A stretch of 64,000 nucleotides of DNA from NCBI GenBank assembly GCA_030248215.1, contig JASANG010000611.1, positions 434,001-498,000 on the forward strand, written 5' to 3'. The notes beneath the pieces are model-generated. The model saw only the letters and a program-made list of their open reading frames with translations. It had not been told where the DNA came from and did not search any database. A program made the translations under genes and the position numbers. Origin of the DNA: Enoplolaimus lenunculus (lineage: Eukaryota). Positions 63,741 through 64,000 of the stretch are shown here, one piece after another. Each line of letters begins with the position of its first letter. Positions within the stretch are counted from its first letter, which is position 1.

Positions 63741-64000
63741 ATGTCAGTTGAGGGCTATTCCCAGTTTGTAACAGCGTTTCTAGGGATATTTCTTCTGTGC
63801 CCAGTATTTGTCATCGGTCGAGCGTTACCAGAAGCCGGTGGATCGTACCGACAAAATGTGACCCTTGAATTTAAAAATAGCCCGTTCAAAGTGACGAAAC
63901 CGATTGTAGTTCACGCTGGAACGAATTTGACCATCCAAGAAGGTGTTGAGTTGCAGTTTGATCCTGGTATTGGAATAACCGTGTACGGTGTATTGCACGC
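63741..64000 (+). CDS. Bark beetle/anakonda-like secreted or membrane protein, first coding exon (partial)
   Basis: MSVEGYSQFVTAFLGIFLLCPVFVIG (signal-peptide-like) followed by RALPEAGGSYRQNVTLEFKNSPFKVTKPIVVHAGTNLTIQEGVELQFDPGIGITVYGVLH. The L...SP+.V...+.V....LTI..GV...F.PG+GITV.G.L pattern is what I recall for the bark N-terminus. Open to the window edge, so absent from the ORF track. Confidence 0.7.
   Translation, partial: MSVEGYSQFVTAFLGIFLLCPVFVIGRALPEAGGSYRQNVTLEFKNSPFKVTKPIVVHAGTNLTIQEGVELQFDPGIGITVYGVLH

Overview
AT-rich, intron-dense animal genomic DNA. It is probably a nematode, inferred from TTTCAG/TTTTAG acceptors and interstitial TTAGGC repeats; this is not proven. Four protein genes can be built by hand with phase-consistent splice sites. 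(1) A minus-strand gene of unknown family starts at 2009, and its 1.2-kb low-complexity exon runs off the left edge. (2) A complete 16-exon DDX23/Prp28 DEAD-box helicase lies on the minus strand at 24451-16581 (~826 aa). (3) A complete 22-exon BRPF/peregrin (Br140/lin-49-like) chromatin scaffold lies on the plus strand at 28049-44131 (~1174 aa), head-to-head with DDX23. (4) The signal-peptide exon of a bark beetle/anakonda-like protein starts at 63741. The DDX23-BRPF spacer hides a frameshifted Sola1-like transposase fossil, with a truncated RTE LINE inside it and a DINE-1-like remnant next to its core. Introns and intergenic DNA contain many non-autonomous elements: a TTAGGC-carrying MITE with 8-bp TSDs, DINE-1/HINE-like Helentron derivatives with variable central tandem repeats, TA-flanked MITEs, hAT-like MITEs and a CACTG-ended MITE. 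All family calls come from motif recognition by eye; no database searches were run. Most ORF-track entries are spurious frames.
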